A DNA stretch of 52,021 bases from Nanobdellota archaeon. Its GTDB lineage: Archaea > Nanobdellota > Nanobdellia > Pacearchaeales > GW2011-AR1. The notes beneath the pieces are model-generated. The model worked only from the letters and a program-made list of their open reading frames with translations. It was not told where the DNA came from and made no database searches. The position numbers and the translations under genes were made by a program. This document shows positions 14,942 to 24,762 of the stretch, piece after piece. The stretch lies in contig JBBSYH010000005.1 in the NCBI GenBank assembly GCA_038045365.1, positions 12,713 through 64,733 of the forward strand, in the 5' to 3' direction. Positions within the stretch are counted from its first letter, which is position 1. Every line of letters starts with the position of its first letter.

Positions 14942-17900
14942 AGAATATTTTATTAAAATAGAGAAGGATGTAAAGAAAAATTATGATGCTGCAAAAAAAG
15001 CAAGAGAAAAAGGATACGACCCTATTTGTGAAGTAGAAGTGCCTCTTGCAAGTTCTCTTGCAGAGAGAGTTATAGGATTAGTTTCTGTTTTATATCCCCA
15101 AATATATGATAAAAAAATAGCTGACAGAATTTTAAGTTTAGAAAAAGAGCACGGCTCACTTGATCCTGCAGTAGCTTTAATTATGGCGGAGGAAATTGCA
15201 AGAGAAAAATACTGTAAGTTTACAAGCCATTTAGAGGCAATGGAGGCAGGAATTAGGATAGGAATAGCTTATTTGACTTTAGGATATGTTTCTTCTCCAA
15301 TTGAAGGATTTATACAATTAAAAATAAAAAAGACGGCGAAAGGAGGAGATTTTCTTGCAGCATATTATTCAGGACCAATAAGGTCTGCTGGAGGAAGCGA
15401 AGCAGCGTTTTCTCTTGTTATAGTTGATTACCTAAGAGAGATTTTTGGGTATGACCTATATGATCCAAATGAAGAAGAAATAAAAAGAGGAATTCAAGAA
15501 TGCCACGAATATCACGAGAGAATTACAAATTTACAATATTTGCCTTCTGAAAAGGAAATAGACTTTATTATGAGAAAACTGCCTGTCCAACTTACTGGAG
15601 ATCCGAGTGAAGATAAAGAAGTTTACAATTATAAAGATTTGCCAAGAGTAGAGACTAATTTCATAAGAAGTGGGTTTGCATTAGTGATTGGAGAAGGAGT
15701 AGCTCAAAAAGCCCCAAAAATATTTGCGAGAGTTATAAAACTGAAGAGAAAAGGGTTTAAGCTTTCAGGATGGGACTGGCTTGGAGATTTCGTCGCTTTG
15801 CAAAAAAAAATAAAAGAGAAGAAAGAAGGCGCAGGGACTGGCGCAACATATATTCAGGATTTGGTAGCAGGAAGGCCTGTTTTTTCACATCCTTCTGAAT
15901 CAGGAGGATTTAGGCTAAGATATGGGAGATGCAGAAACAGCGGATATTCGACACTCGCACTCCATCCTGCTACAATGGGCATTACAGAAAATTTTATTGC
16001 TGTTGGAACACAGTTAAAGATAGAGAAGCCTACAAAAGGATGCACTGTTTCAGCATGTGACAGCATAGAAGGCCCTATAGTAAAACTTTTTGATGGAAGC
16101 GTTAAACAATTACAAAGCTATGAAGAAGCAAAATTATTTTATTCTAAAACTACGGAAATTATTTATCTTGGGGATATTCTTGTTCCTTATGGAGATTTTT
16201 TGAACAGGAATCATCCACTGGAAAGACAAGGGTATATTGAGCAGCAATGGATTGAAGAAGTTGAAAGCCAAGGACAAAAAAGCGAGATTTATCCTAATTT
16301 TGAGGAAGCAGTGAAATTATCAGAAAAGATGAAAGTTCCATTACATCCTAAATATATTTATTATTGGAACGAAATAAATTATGATGATTTTTTAGGATTA
16401 GTTGATTGGCTTGCAAGAGGAAAAATTATGGAGAAAAATCTGATTCTGCCGTATTCACAAACAGATAAGGACAGATTTTCAAAAGGCAAGAGAGCGCTTG
16501 AACTAATAGGATGTGAACATAAAGTTTCAATAGAAAACGTTGTTTTAAACAATAAAGACAGCAAAACATTATTATTTAATCTTGGAGTAGACTGGAAAGA
16601 AAACATAGAAGAACAGTTTAATAATATGAAGAAATTAGAAAAGAAGTCTGTGCTTGAGATTATAAATGAAATGTGCGGTGCAATTGTGAAAGACAAGTCA
16701 GGGACATTTATAGGGGCGAGAATGGGGAGGCCTGAAAAAGCAAAACTAAGAAAAATGGTTGGAAGTCCACATGTTTTGTTTCCTGTTGGAGAAGAAGGAG
16801 GAAGATTAAGGAGCTTTCAGGCAGCAATTTTAGTTGGAGGGGTAAGGGCTGAGTTTCCAAATTATTTCTGCAAAGAGTGCTCTAGAGATACTATTTATCC
16901 AAAATGCGAAAAATGTGAAACCACATGCATGAAAACTATTTATTGTGCTGACTGTGATAAATTTTATATTGAAAGATGTAAAGATCATACAAATAATTTT
17001 GGATTTAAGGAGAAAAAGATAGACATTTCGCAATATTATGAAGTTGCGAAAAAGAAAGCAGGATTGAGAGATGAAGATATACCAATAGTTGTTAAGGGTG
17101 TAAGGGGAACAAGCAGCAAAGACCATAACTGTGAAAATCTTGTTAAAGGACTATTAAGAGCAAAATATAATTTAAATGTAAATAAAGATGGAACAATAAG
17201 ATATGACATGACTGAAATGCCCATAACACATTTTAAACCATGTGAGATAGGAACAAGCATAGATAAATTAAAGGAATTGGGCTACCAAAAAGATGTTAAG
17301 GGAGAAGAATTAAAAAGAGAAGATCAAATATTAGAAATATTCCCACATGACATAATTTTGCCTGCATGTCCTGCTTCCTTGGATGAAAAAGCAGACAGCG
17401 TTTTTTTCAATATTAGCAAGTTTATAGATGAAGAGTTTGAAAGATTATATGGGCTTGAAAGATTTTTTAATATGCAGAAAAAGGAAGATATTATTGGAGA
17501 ATTGCTTGCATGTATAGCGCCACACACCGCTTCCAGCGTTGTTGGAAGAATAATTGGTTTTTCAAAAATTCAAGCAATGCTTGCTTCTCCTTACATACAT
17601 GCAGCTATGAGGAGAGATTGCGATGGCGATGAAGCAGCAGCGATACTTCTAATGGATTTACTTTTGAACTTTTCAAGGAAATTTTTACCATCTCACAGAG
17701 GAGGAACGCAAGATGCTCCATTGGTATTAAACATGAAGATAAAAATAAACGAAATAGACGACATGATTTTTGATTTTGATGTTTCCAAAAAAATACCTCT
17801 TGAATTATATGCTTTAGCTGAGAAACATGCCCACCCAAACGAAATTAAGATGGAACAGGTCAGAGACAGATTAGGAAGCGAAAAAGAGTTTTATGATTTA

Positions 17901-18365
17901 GGTTATTCTTATGAAACAAGTAATATAAATGAAGCTCCACAATGTTCAATTTATAAGACAATTCCAACAATGCAGGAAAAAGTAAGTGCTATGATGGAAC
18001 TTTGCACTAAGATAAGAGCAGTTGATGTGCAGGATGTTGCTAGGCTTATTATTGAAAGACATTTTATAAGAGATATTAGGGGAAATTTAAGAAAATTTTC
18101 ACAACAGGTTTTTAGGTGCGTTGGATGCAACAGCAAGTATAGGAGGCCGCCTTTAACAGGAAAATGCACCAAGTGCAAAGGAAAAATTATATTTACAGTA
18201 TCTGAGGGAAGCGTCTTAAAATATATGGGGCCTGCTCTTGAGCTGGCTAGAAAATATAAAGCCAGCCCTTATTTATTGGAGAGCCTCGAGCTTACTGAAA
18301 TGTATATACAAAGTATTTTTGGAAAAGAGAAAGAAAAGCAAGAGGCGCTTGAAAAGTGGTTTTAG
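14931..18365 (+). CDS. dp2: DNA polymerase II (PolD) large subunit DP2
   Basis: 1144 aa with Cys clusters (CKECS..CEKC; CVGCN..CTKCKG). Follows DP1 with an 11-nt overlap. The length fits an intein-free DP2. Confidence 0.9.
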   Translation: MNIEEYFIKIEKDVKKNYDAAKKAREKGYDPICEVEVPLASSLAERVIGLVSVLYPQIYDKKIADRILSLEKEHGSLDPAVALIMAEEIAREKYCKFTSHLEAMEAGIRIGIAYLTLGYVSSPIEGFIQLKIKKTAKGGDFLAAYYSGPIRSAGGSEAAFSLVIVDYLREIFGYDLYDPNEEEIKRGIQECHEYHERITNLQYLPSEKEIDFIMRKLPVQLTGDPSEDKEVYNYKDLPRVETNFIRSGFALVIGEGVAQKAPKIFARVIKLKRKGFKLSGWDWLGDFVALQKKIKEKKEGAGTGATYIQDLVAGRPVFSHPSESGGFRLRYGRCRNSGYSTLALHPATMGITENFIAVGTQLKIEKPTKGCTVSACDSIEGPIVKLFDGSVKQLQSYEEAKLFYSKTTEIIYLGDILVPYGDFLNRNHPLERQGYIEQQWIEEVESQGQKSEIYPNFEEAVKLSEKMKVPLHPKYIYYWNEINYDDFLGLVDWLARGKIMEKNLILPYSQTDKDRFSKGKRALELIGCEHKVSIENVVLNNKDSKTLLFNLGVDWKENIEEQFNNMKKLEKKSVLEIINEMCGAIVKDKSGTFIGARMGRPEKAKLRKMVGSPHVLFPVGEEGGRLRSFQAAILVGGVRAEFPNYFCKECSRDTIYPKCEKCETTCMKTIYCADCDKFYIERCKDHTNNFGFKEKKIDISQYYEVAKKKAGLRDEDIPIVVKGVRGTSSKDHNCENLVKGLLRAKYNLNVNKDGTIRYDMTEMPITHFKPCEIGTSIDKLKELGYQKDVKGEELKREDQILEIFPHDIILPACPASLDEKADSVFFNISKFIDEEFERLYGLERFFNMQKKEDIIGELLACIAPHTASSVVGRIIGFSKIQAMLASPYIHAAMRRDCDGDEAAAILLMDLLLNFSRKFLPSHRGGTQDAPLVLNMKIKINEIDDMIFDFDVSKKIPLELYALAEKHAHPNEIKMEQVRDRLGSEKEFYDLGYSYETSNINEAPQCSIYKTIPTMQEKVSAMMELCTKIRAVDVQDVARLIIERHFIRDIRGNLRKFSQQVFRCVGCNSKYRRPPLTGKCTKCKGKIIFTVSEGSVLKYMGPALELARKYKASPYLLESLELTEMYIQSIFGKEKEKQEALEKWF

Positions 18366-18742
18366 CTGTTTCTTTTTACCATCCATCTTTTACTTAAGTC
18401 ATATTGTTGTACTATCTCTCTACTACGCAAGTTATATTGTTGCTCGTCTTGGTAAATAGACAGACTTAGAGTTAATTTTCTATTGTTTTGTTTATATTCA
18501 TAGCATATATAGGTGGACATTGGATTGGAATAAATGCCTGATAGTATCGAAACGGTTGTATCTCTTGCTTTTGCTTCCCATTCTTTTTTATCCTTTACAT
18601 ATCCTTCATAATGCCGACGCATTTGTGACACAATTACAACCTTAGGGAATTTTCCTTCTCTGTCTACTATATCTACTGGCATTTCTTTTATTCTTTTTTC
18701 CAATTCTGGAGAGAAAGTTATCCCTTCAATCTCGTTTATCAT
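18362..18742 (-). CDS. Hypothetical protein (126 aa)
   Basis: Open frame only. Its stop overlaps the DP2 stop (TTAG, convergent). Confidence 0.3.
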   Translation of the reverse strand: MINEIEGITFSPELEKRIKEMPVDIVDREGKFPKVVIVSQMRRHYEGYVKDKKEWEAKARDTTVSILSGIYSNPMSTYICYEYKQNNRKLTLSLSIYQDEQQYNLRSREIVQQYDLSKRWMVKRNS

Positions 18743-18818
18743 GTGCTCTTTGAAAAGTATTTTTTATATAAAGATTATTATACTGGAAAGCACATGAAAT
18801 ATAAGATAATCTTGAGAA

Positions 18819-19016
18819 ATGGTTTTAGAAGATACAGTAATTGCTAAAGAAGAGAACGAAAACAAAATATGTAGAAATATCTATGATTTAAAGAGAATCC
18901 CTCTTGGGAGGAGAGTTTTATATGATATATGTAGAATAGAAATTATGCCTTGGGTAGTTGCTGGAGCTGCTTTAGGTGCATGTGCTTATATGTTTTATCA
19001 GGGGAATGTTAAATAA
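18819..19016 (+). CDS. Small hypothetical protein with a C-terminal TM segment
   Basis: 65 aa with C-terminal MPWVVAGAALGACAYMFY. Overlaps the 3' end of the convergent gene by 19 nt. Confidence 0.2.
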   Translation: MVLEDTVIAKEENENKICRNIYDLKRIPLGRRVLYDICRIEIMPWVVAGAALGACAYMFYQGNVK

Positions 19017-20203
19017 TAAATGATGACTGGAATTATAAGAGCACCCATCATATTTATTCTTCTTGAATTGGAGAGAATTGTGAAAATGCCTAAGGCAGAC
19101 GATGTAATAAAGATTAGAACACCAAGAAAATTTGAAAATATTATGTTTATAGCCAAAAGAAACAGCATAACAAAAATTGTTAGTTTTTTATAGTTGATTT
19201 TATTTAGATATAATGCAAATAATCTTGCTAATTTGATTCCTATGAAGAAAGAAATTATTCCAGCTATAATAGAAGAAGAGATTATTATTACCAGATGTTG
19301 TAGTGTAACTTGATTTAGTATTTCTTGAATAGCTACTGCTGAGCCAGAACGTGATTTTTTTATTGAATAGAGCGTTACAAAGGATAATGCCATTATAATT
19401 GTATTTATAGAGCCCGTTAAAAAAAGGAAGCCTTTGTTTTTTTGCGGAATAATTTCTGAGCCAATTAATGCTGCGTGACCTGAGCTGATTCCTGGGAGGA
19501 AAGAGCAGAGAGGAGCAGAGAATAATGAGGCAGACAAGGCTTTTAGGAATTCAGATTTTTTCATTCTTATTTTTGAAATTGGGGAAATGATTTGTTTTTT
19601 TATTTTTGTTTTGTTTTTTAGGGAGATTATTAATGAAGAGAATCCAAATAAGCCTGACAAAAGAGGAAGCAGGGGGTCTTTAATTGGAAGATTGAAAGAT
19701 GCGAAACCAAGAAATCCTGAAAGCAGGAAAACTATCAGAGAAAGCAGAATATTTTTTTCTCTGAGAATGGAATAAGTAGAGATGAAGAGCAAAATAAAAG
19801 GGATGGATAATTTTATGTAGTTGAATAAATTAGGAAGAAAGAAAATAAAAAGAGGTGTAAAAATAATAATTATTGGGAGAGCGAACAGAGAGCCATAAAG
19901 AGTGAAAACAACTGCTTGGAAGCCATGTCCTTGTTTTAGCATTTTGTGGCCTGGGAGAATTGATAGGAAAGTGTCTTCTTCTGGAGCTCCTAGGAAAATT
20001 GACGGAATAAAATCAATAAATGTATGAGTGATTGACATGGAAACTATGAAGACTGCGAGAGCTATTGGAGGAATTCCGGATAAAAAACCCAAGGACACTA
20101 AAAGAAGAGACGCAATAAGGTTTATATGAATTCCAGGCATGAGGCCTGTGAAACATCCTGCAAGGATGCCTACGATTAGAGCAAGAAGAATTTCAATTAT
20201 CAT
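18998..20203 (-). CDS. Polytopic membrane protein, TctA/DUF112-like
   Basis: 401 aa with about 10 or more hydrophobic segments. N-terminal GILAGCFTGLMPGIHINL resembles the TctA/DUF112 signature. Confidence 0.5.
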   Translation of the reverse strand: MIIEILLALIVGILAGCFTGLMPGIHINLIASLLLVSLGFLSGIPPIALAVFIVSMSITHTFIDFIPSIFLGAPEEDTFLSILPGHKMLKQGHGFQAVVFTLYGSLFALPIIIIFTPLFIFFLPNLFNYIKLSIPFILLFISTYSILREKNILLSLIVFLLSGFLGFASFNLPIKDPLLPLLSGLFGFSSLIISLKNKTKIKKQIISPISKIRMKKSEFLKALSASLFSAPLCSFLPGISSGHAALIGSEIIPQKNKGFLFLTGSINTIIMALSFVTLYSIKKSRSGSAVAIQEILNQVTLQHLVIIISSSIIAGIISFFIGIKLARLFALYLNKINYKKLTIFVMLFLLAINIIFSNFLGVLIFITSSALGIFTILSNSRRINMMGALIIPVIIYYLTFP

Positions 20204-20516
20204 ATTTTAGTTTCAGGACAATAATTTTATCTTTATTTAAGAAAGAATCTTTTATTCCTACTGCCGTTATGTTTTTTCCTTTATATTTTATATTTTTTGG
20301 ACAATCACAGAGGAGCTCTATATTATTATCTAGTTTAAGGATAGTGGATTTTTCTAATAACCTTTCATTAATTACTTTTCCTGAAACAGATGTTTTTTGG
20401 TTTTCTTTTAGTTTTGATAATTCTTCTAAAGAAGAAATGTGTTTTGGAGGGAGAAATAACAGGAGCAAGAGAATTGAAATGCCTATTAAAGATAATAATA
20501 ATGAGATGATTTTCAT
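20193..20516 (-). CDS. N-terminal TM anchor plus OB-fold-like domain protein
   Basis: 107 aa. Signal/anchor LLLSLIGISILLLLLFL, then an OB-like pattern SVSGKVINE...ITAVGIKD...IIVLKL. 11-nt overlap with the downstream gene. Confidence 0.35.
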   Translation of the reverse strand: MKIISLLLSLIGISILLLLLFLPPKHISSLEELSKLKENQKTSVSGKVINERLLEKSTILKLDNNIELLCDCPKNIKYKGKNITAVGIKDSFLNKDKIIVLKLKYDN

Positions 20517-20561
20517 AAATTTAAGAGAAGAAAGGTTTAAATTAATCTTTCGCTTTAATGG

Positions 20562-21530
20562 GTGATGAATATTAGTGAGAAATTAGAATTAATAAAAAGA
20601 AATGTTTCTGAAATTATTACAGATGAAGAGATTATTAATTTATTAAAGAAAAGTAAGAAACCAGTTGTTTATTGCGGATATGAGCCAAACGGAGCATTGC
20701 ATCTGGGGCATTTTGTTACAATAATCAAATTAATAGATTTTGCAAAAACAGGGTTTAAAGTCAAGGTTCTTTTGGCAGATGTTCATGCAATGTTAAATAG
20801 AAAAGGAGAAGAAGATAAAATAAAAAAAGAGGTTGAGAATTGGAGAAAAACAATTAATGCAATTGGAATTAAAGCAGAAATAGTTTTAGGAAGCGATTTT
20901 CAGTTTAAGAAAGAGTATCAGCTAGATGTAATGAAACTTGCACAACATTCTTCTATAAATAGGGGATTAAGAAGTATGCAAGAAATCGCACGCGATATTG
21001 AAAATGCAACAATTTCTCAATTGTGGTATCCATTAATGCAAGTTGCAGATATAAAACATTTAGGAGTTGATGTTGCATTGGGAGGAATGGAGCAGAGAAA
21101 AGTGCACATGATTGGAAAAGACAGCGCAAAGACTATAGATTATAATTTTATTGCAGTACATACACCTTTAATTACCTCATTAAAAGGACCTGGGCAAAAA
21201 ATGAGCAAGAGTGCAGAAGGCAGCGGAATAAGCGTTGTTGATTCTTATGATGAAATTAAAAAGACAATAAATATAGCTTATTGTCCACAAGGAGAAATAA
21301 AAGATAACCCAATTTTGCAAATTACCAAACTAATTATTTTTCCTAAAGTTAATGTTTTGAAGATAGAAAGAGCTGCAAAATTCGGAGGAAAATTATTTTT
21401 TAAAAATTACGATGAGCTTGAAAAGAGCTATGCTTCTGGGAAATTGCATCCAATGGATTTGAAGAATTGTGTTGTTGAAGAACTTGAGAAAATTATTGCT
21501 CCTATAAGAAAGAAATTAAGTAAAATCTAG
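20562..21530 (+). CDS. tyrS: Tyrosyl-tRNA synthetase (archaeal type)
   Basis: 322 aa. HIGH-type motif (ALHLGH) and KMSKS. Similar throughout to archaeal TyrRS (IKRNVSEIIT..., YPLMQVADIKHLGVDVALGGMEQRKVHM, LHPMDLKN). Confidence 0.93.
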   Translation: MMNISEKLELIKRNVSEIITDEEIINLLKKSKKPVVYCGYEPNGALHLGHFVTIIKLIDFAKTGFKVKVLLADVHAMLNRKGEEDKIKKEVENWRKTINAIGIKAEIVLGSDFQFKKEYQLDVMKLAQHSSINRGLRSMQEIARDIENATISQLWYPLMQVADIKHLGVDVALGGMEQRKVHMIGKDSAKTIDYNFIAVHTPLITSLKGPGQKMSKSAEGSGISVVDSYDEIKKTINIAYCPQGEIKDNPILQITKLIIFPKVNVLKIERAAKFGGKLFFKNYDELEKSYASGKLHPMDLKNCVVEELEKIIAPIRKKLSKI

Positions 21531-21675
21531 AAGATAGTTATTTTATAATCCAAATATGTTTTGTATTCCTGATTTTGAATAAATTCTGCCGATGGATTAA
21601 TGATTGTAAGCATACTATTAAGAGGGATAACCAATATATACGTTTTTCTTTTTTAAATATTATTTTGGTTGTCAT

Positions 21676-22584
21676 CTATTTAGTATGAAATTCTACAATG
21701 TCTTTGTCTTTTAGAATATGCGAAAGGCCTACTTTTTGATTTGAGAATTTGCTTGATGGACCAGTAAGGCGAGTTTCTTTAACTCTTTGAGAAAAACCCT
21801 TGAGTATTGATTCTGCGACATCTTTGACTGAAGAGCCAGAAGGAAGAATAACTGGAATTGATGAAGCGGACTTATGCGGCTCTTTTGTGTAAACACGATT
21901 AACTGACATTGAATGCAAAATATATTCTTTTAATTTGTCAATGTTATAGTTGTTGTAACACGAAATAGGAATGGCATTGAGGCGTTTTGAATTTATTTTG
22001 TCCTGAAGTTTTCTAAGCTCTACATATGTCAGCAAATCTGATTTATTTATCACTATTAAAGTTTTACCCTGCGATTTAGATATTAATGGAATTATTTTAT
22101 TTAAGTCTTCTAATTTTTCTATAACTAATAAAAGAAAGTCTGCTGTGTGAATAATGCCGTTGTCAAAAAATTCGGAGCCAATACTTGGCAAATCAACTAT
22201 TTGTGCTTTAATGCTTTCATAATCAAGTGTTCCTATTTCAGGCTGTTTTGTTGTGAAAGGATTTCCAGATATTTTTGGCTTTGCATTTGTCAGTTTTGCA
22301 AGAAGAGAAGACTTTCCAGAATTTGGCAGTCCAAGGAGAACGCATTGGAAACCTTCTTTTCTAATGCCTTTTTGAGATGATTTTCCTATTTTTTTTGATT
22401 TTTCCTGCTGTTCTCTAAGTTTTTTCAGACGAAGTTTTAGGCCAGCAAGAAGATTCTCAGAGCCCTTATGCTTTGGGGCTGTACGAATCATTTCTTCTAA
22501 TGCATTGATTTTTTCTTCTAATGTTTTAGCATTAAGATACAATTTTTCTGCGTTAATATATTTGTATCCCGCATTGATTGGCAT
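21676..22584 (-). CDS. OBG/DRG-family GTPase with a C-terminal TGS-like domain
   Basis: G1 GLPNSGKSS, G3 DLPS, G4 NKSD. C-terminal TGS-like region ending KDKDIVEFH. Confidence 0.75.
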   Translation of the reverse strand: MPINAGYKYINAEKLYLNAKTLEEKINALEEMIRTAPKHKGSENLLAGLKLRLKKLREQQEKSKKIGKSSQKGIRKEGFQCVLLGLPNSGKSSLLAKLTNAKPKISGNPFTTKQPEIGTLDYESIKAQIVDLPSIGSEFFDNGIIHTADFLLLVIEKLEDLNKIIPLISKSQGKTLIVINKSDLLTYVELRKLQDKINSKRLNAIPISCYNNYNIDKLKEYILHSMSVNRVYTKEPHKSASSIPVILPSGSSVKDVAESILKGFSQRVKETRLTGPSSKFSNQKVGLSHILKDKDIVEFHTK

Positions 22585-22633
22585 ATATTGTCTGAGACAA
22601 TAGAATATTTAAACATATTATTAATAGTAAAAA

Positions 22634-23257
22634 ATGATGAGAATAACACATATTTTTTTGATATTTACTATTTTTCTGTTTTTTCCTTTAGTAAGTGCAG
22701 GATGCAGAGGATATGAATGGAGTATTCCGAATAATGCTGCGGCGAGCAGTGTTGAAAGCGCAAGTTACAGTGTTAATAAAGCGATTGATAATGATGCAAG
22801 AACACATTGGAAGAGCAAAGAAGAAGGTTTGCCACAATGGATTAGCTTTGATTTAGAGAAGAAGAGATGTGTAAAAGGAATTGAAACTTATATTTTTAGC
22901 AACTATGGACCAATAAATGCAACTATACAAAGTTCAGATGATGGAGAAAAGTGGAGAAAGATTTTAGATATAAGCATGCCTGGAGGAGAGAGGAAGCAAT
23001 TTAATTTTAGAGAGATTCCTGCACGATATATAAGAATTTATGAAACATCAGGAAATAGAACATTTGGAACACTTAGCGAGATTAAAATTCAAAATGCATC
23101 TCTAGATGGACAGAGTGTTTTTGTTGTTCCTGGAAGCATAAGTGGAAAAACACATAATGCGCCTCCTGTAGAAATTTCTGCTGAAAAAGTTACTAGGGGA
23201 AAAGATCCAAAAAGGGAATTAGTGAGAAATTCAAAGAGAAAAGCGAAGAGCAAGTAA
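22634..23257 (+). CDS. Secreted F5/8 type C (discoidin) domain protein
   Basis: Signal peptide ending VSAGC. AIDNDARTHWKSK...PQWISFDL...ARYIRIY is the discoidin-domain pattern. Confidence 0.6.
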   Translation: MMRITHIFLIFTIFLFFPLVSAGCRGYEWSIPNNAAASSVESASYSVNKAIDNDARTHWKSKEEGLPQWISFDLEKKRCVKGIETYIFSNYGPINATIQSSDDGEKWRKILDISMPGGERKQFNFREIPARYIRIYETSGNRTFGTLSEIKIQNASLDGQSVFVVPGSISGKTHNAPPVEISAEKVTRGKDPKRELVRNSKRKAKSK

Positions 23258-23312
23258 AATAGTATTTTCTAGAGACATAATTTTTATATACTAAACAAAG
23301 AAAGTTAAAGGT

Positions 23313-24299
23313 ATGTATTGGAAAAATTGGCTTGCCGGGATTATGGGCGTAGCATCTTTAAGTTTTGGTTGTGTGCATTATCCCTATTATAAAAATACGC
23401 GAGATACTAAAGAATTGCCAGTAGATGTTCTATCTGATTTTAATCATAACTATTACAGAAAAGAATTTGTGTTTGAATCAGAGAGGAAAGAGATAAAAAG
23501 AGATTCTAATTATTTTGTTGAGAGAATAAAACTTCCTGAATCTTTTCCACTTGATAATTTACAATATTCTCAAGTCAGTTTTGATTATTATACTCCTTTA
23601 CAAAGAAATGGGAAAAAGCCAGTAATGATTATTTTGCCTATTATGGGGGGAGAAAATTATCCTATTGAAGAAAATTTTGCTAGATATTTTACCAAGAAAG
23701 GATATTTGTGCTCTTTAGTACATAGAAAGTCATTAAAAGACGAAATAAAAAGAATTGAAGATATTGATGGAGTGTTAAAACAGAGTGTTTCAGACAACAA
23801 AAGAGTGGTTGATTGGTTGACTAATCAAAAAGAAGTCGATGAGAATAAAATAGGTGTTCTTGGAATTAGCTTTGGAGCGATGAAAGGGGCGTTGTTTCTT
23901 CCATTTGAGAAAAGAGTCAAGGCTGCTTATTTAGGGCTTTGCGGAGGAGACATACCTTATATTTTGGCGCACACTACGGAAAAAGGACTTGCGAGGGAGA
24001 GAGATAAAAGGCTTGAAAAACGCAGGGTTAGTTTAGAAGGAGGAGAAAATTTCTTAAGAGAAAACATTAAGTTTGATCCTTTGGAATATGCGCAGTATGT
24101 TGATTCTGAAAAAGTTTTTTTGGTTTTAGCTTCGAAAGACAAGATTGTTCCTTATGAGAAAGGCCTTGAATTACGAGAGGCAATGGGAAGTCCAGAGACG
24201 GATGTTTATTTTGCAGGGCATTACAGTTCATTGATATATCTGCCTTTTATTAAAAGAAGAGCATTTGATTTTTTTGAGAAAAAGTTTGGAGAGAAGTAA
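23313..24299 (+). CDS. Secreted or lipoprotein alpha/beta-hydrolase-fold protein
   Basis: N-terminal signal with Cys (LSFGC). Nucleophile elbow GISFG. Late Asp/His candidates (SKDKIV; GHY). Confidence 0.55.
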   Translation: MYWKNWLAGIMGVASLSFGCVHYPYYKNTRDTKELPVDVLSDFNHNYYRKEFVFESERKEIKRDSNYFVERIKLPESFPLDNLQYSQVSFDYYTPLQRNGKKPVMIILPIMGGENYPIEENFARYFTKKGYLCSLVHRKSLKDEIKRIEDIDGVLKQSVSDNKRVVDWLTNQKEVDENKIGVLGISFGAMKGALFLPFEKRVKAAYLGLCGGDIPYILAHTTEKGLARERDKRLEKRRVSLEGGENFLRENIKFDPLEYAQYVDSEKVFLVLASKDKIVPYEKGLELREAMGSPETDVYFAGHYSSLIYLPFIKRRAFDFFEKKFGEK

Positions 24300-24310
24300 A
24301 TTGATTAATG

Positions 24311-24712
24311 TTAATTGAAATTTTTATATATGGGGAGAAGAAGCAAGATAAGAGAAGAAATAATTCCAACTGCTAAGATATAGAATGACAAGAGAATTAT
24401 TGTCTGAGAAGGATAATAGAGAGAAACAAATTTTAGAGACAAACTTATTATAACGGAGAAGAGCAATATAATTAGAGAGGCATTGGTTTTTTTATCTATT
24501 TCGTTTGAATTAAGTCCATAATAAATATATGAAACTCCGAATAATGCAGATAAAAGGAACATAATAAATTTTATCAAAGAAGCAATGTTTAAAGTTGATT
24601 CAAGAAGATAGCGGAAGTTCTGATGGAATTTCAAGAGAAGAAAAATAGAGACAGCTAAGAAAATTAATCCGCATATTAAATGTAGAAAATTAATTTTTTT
24701 TACAGTAACCAT
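24311..24712 (-). CDS. Small polytopic membrane protein (4 TM)
   Basis: 133 aa, four hydrophobic segments, no motif recognised. Confidence 0.35.
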   Translation of the reverse strand: MVTVKKINFLHLICGLIFLAVSIFLLLKFHQNFRYLLESTLNIASLIKFIMFLLSALFGVSYIYYGLNSNEIDKKTNASLIILLFSVIISLSLKFVSLYYPSQTIILLSFYILAVGIISSLILLLLPIYKNFN

Positions 24713-24762
24713 TGTAATTGTTCAATATCAATATTTATTAACCTTTCTTTCTGAGTTGATTA

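Noticed and set aside
14931-18365. Possible intein in PolD DP2
   Set aside because: The length (1144 aa) fits intein-free DP2, and no intein block or homing-endonuclease-like segment is evident.
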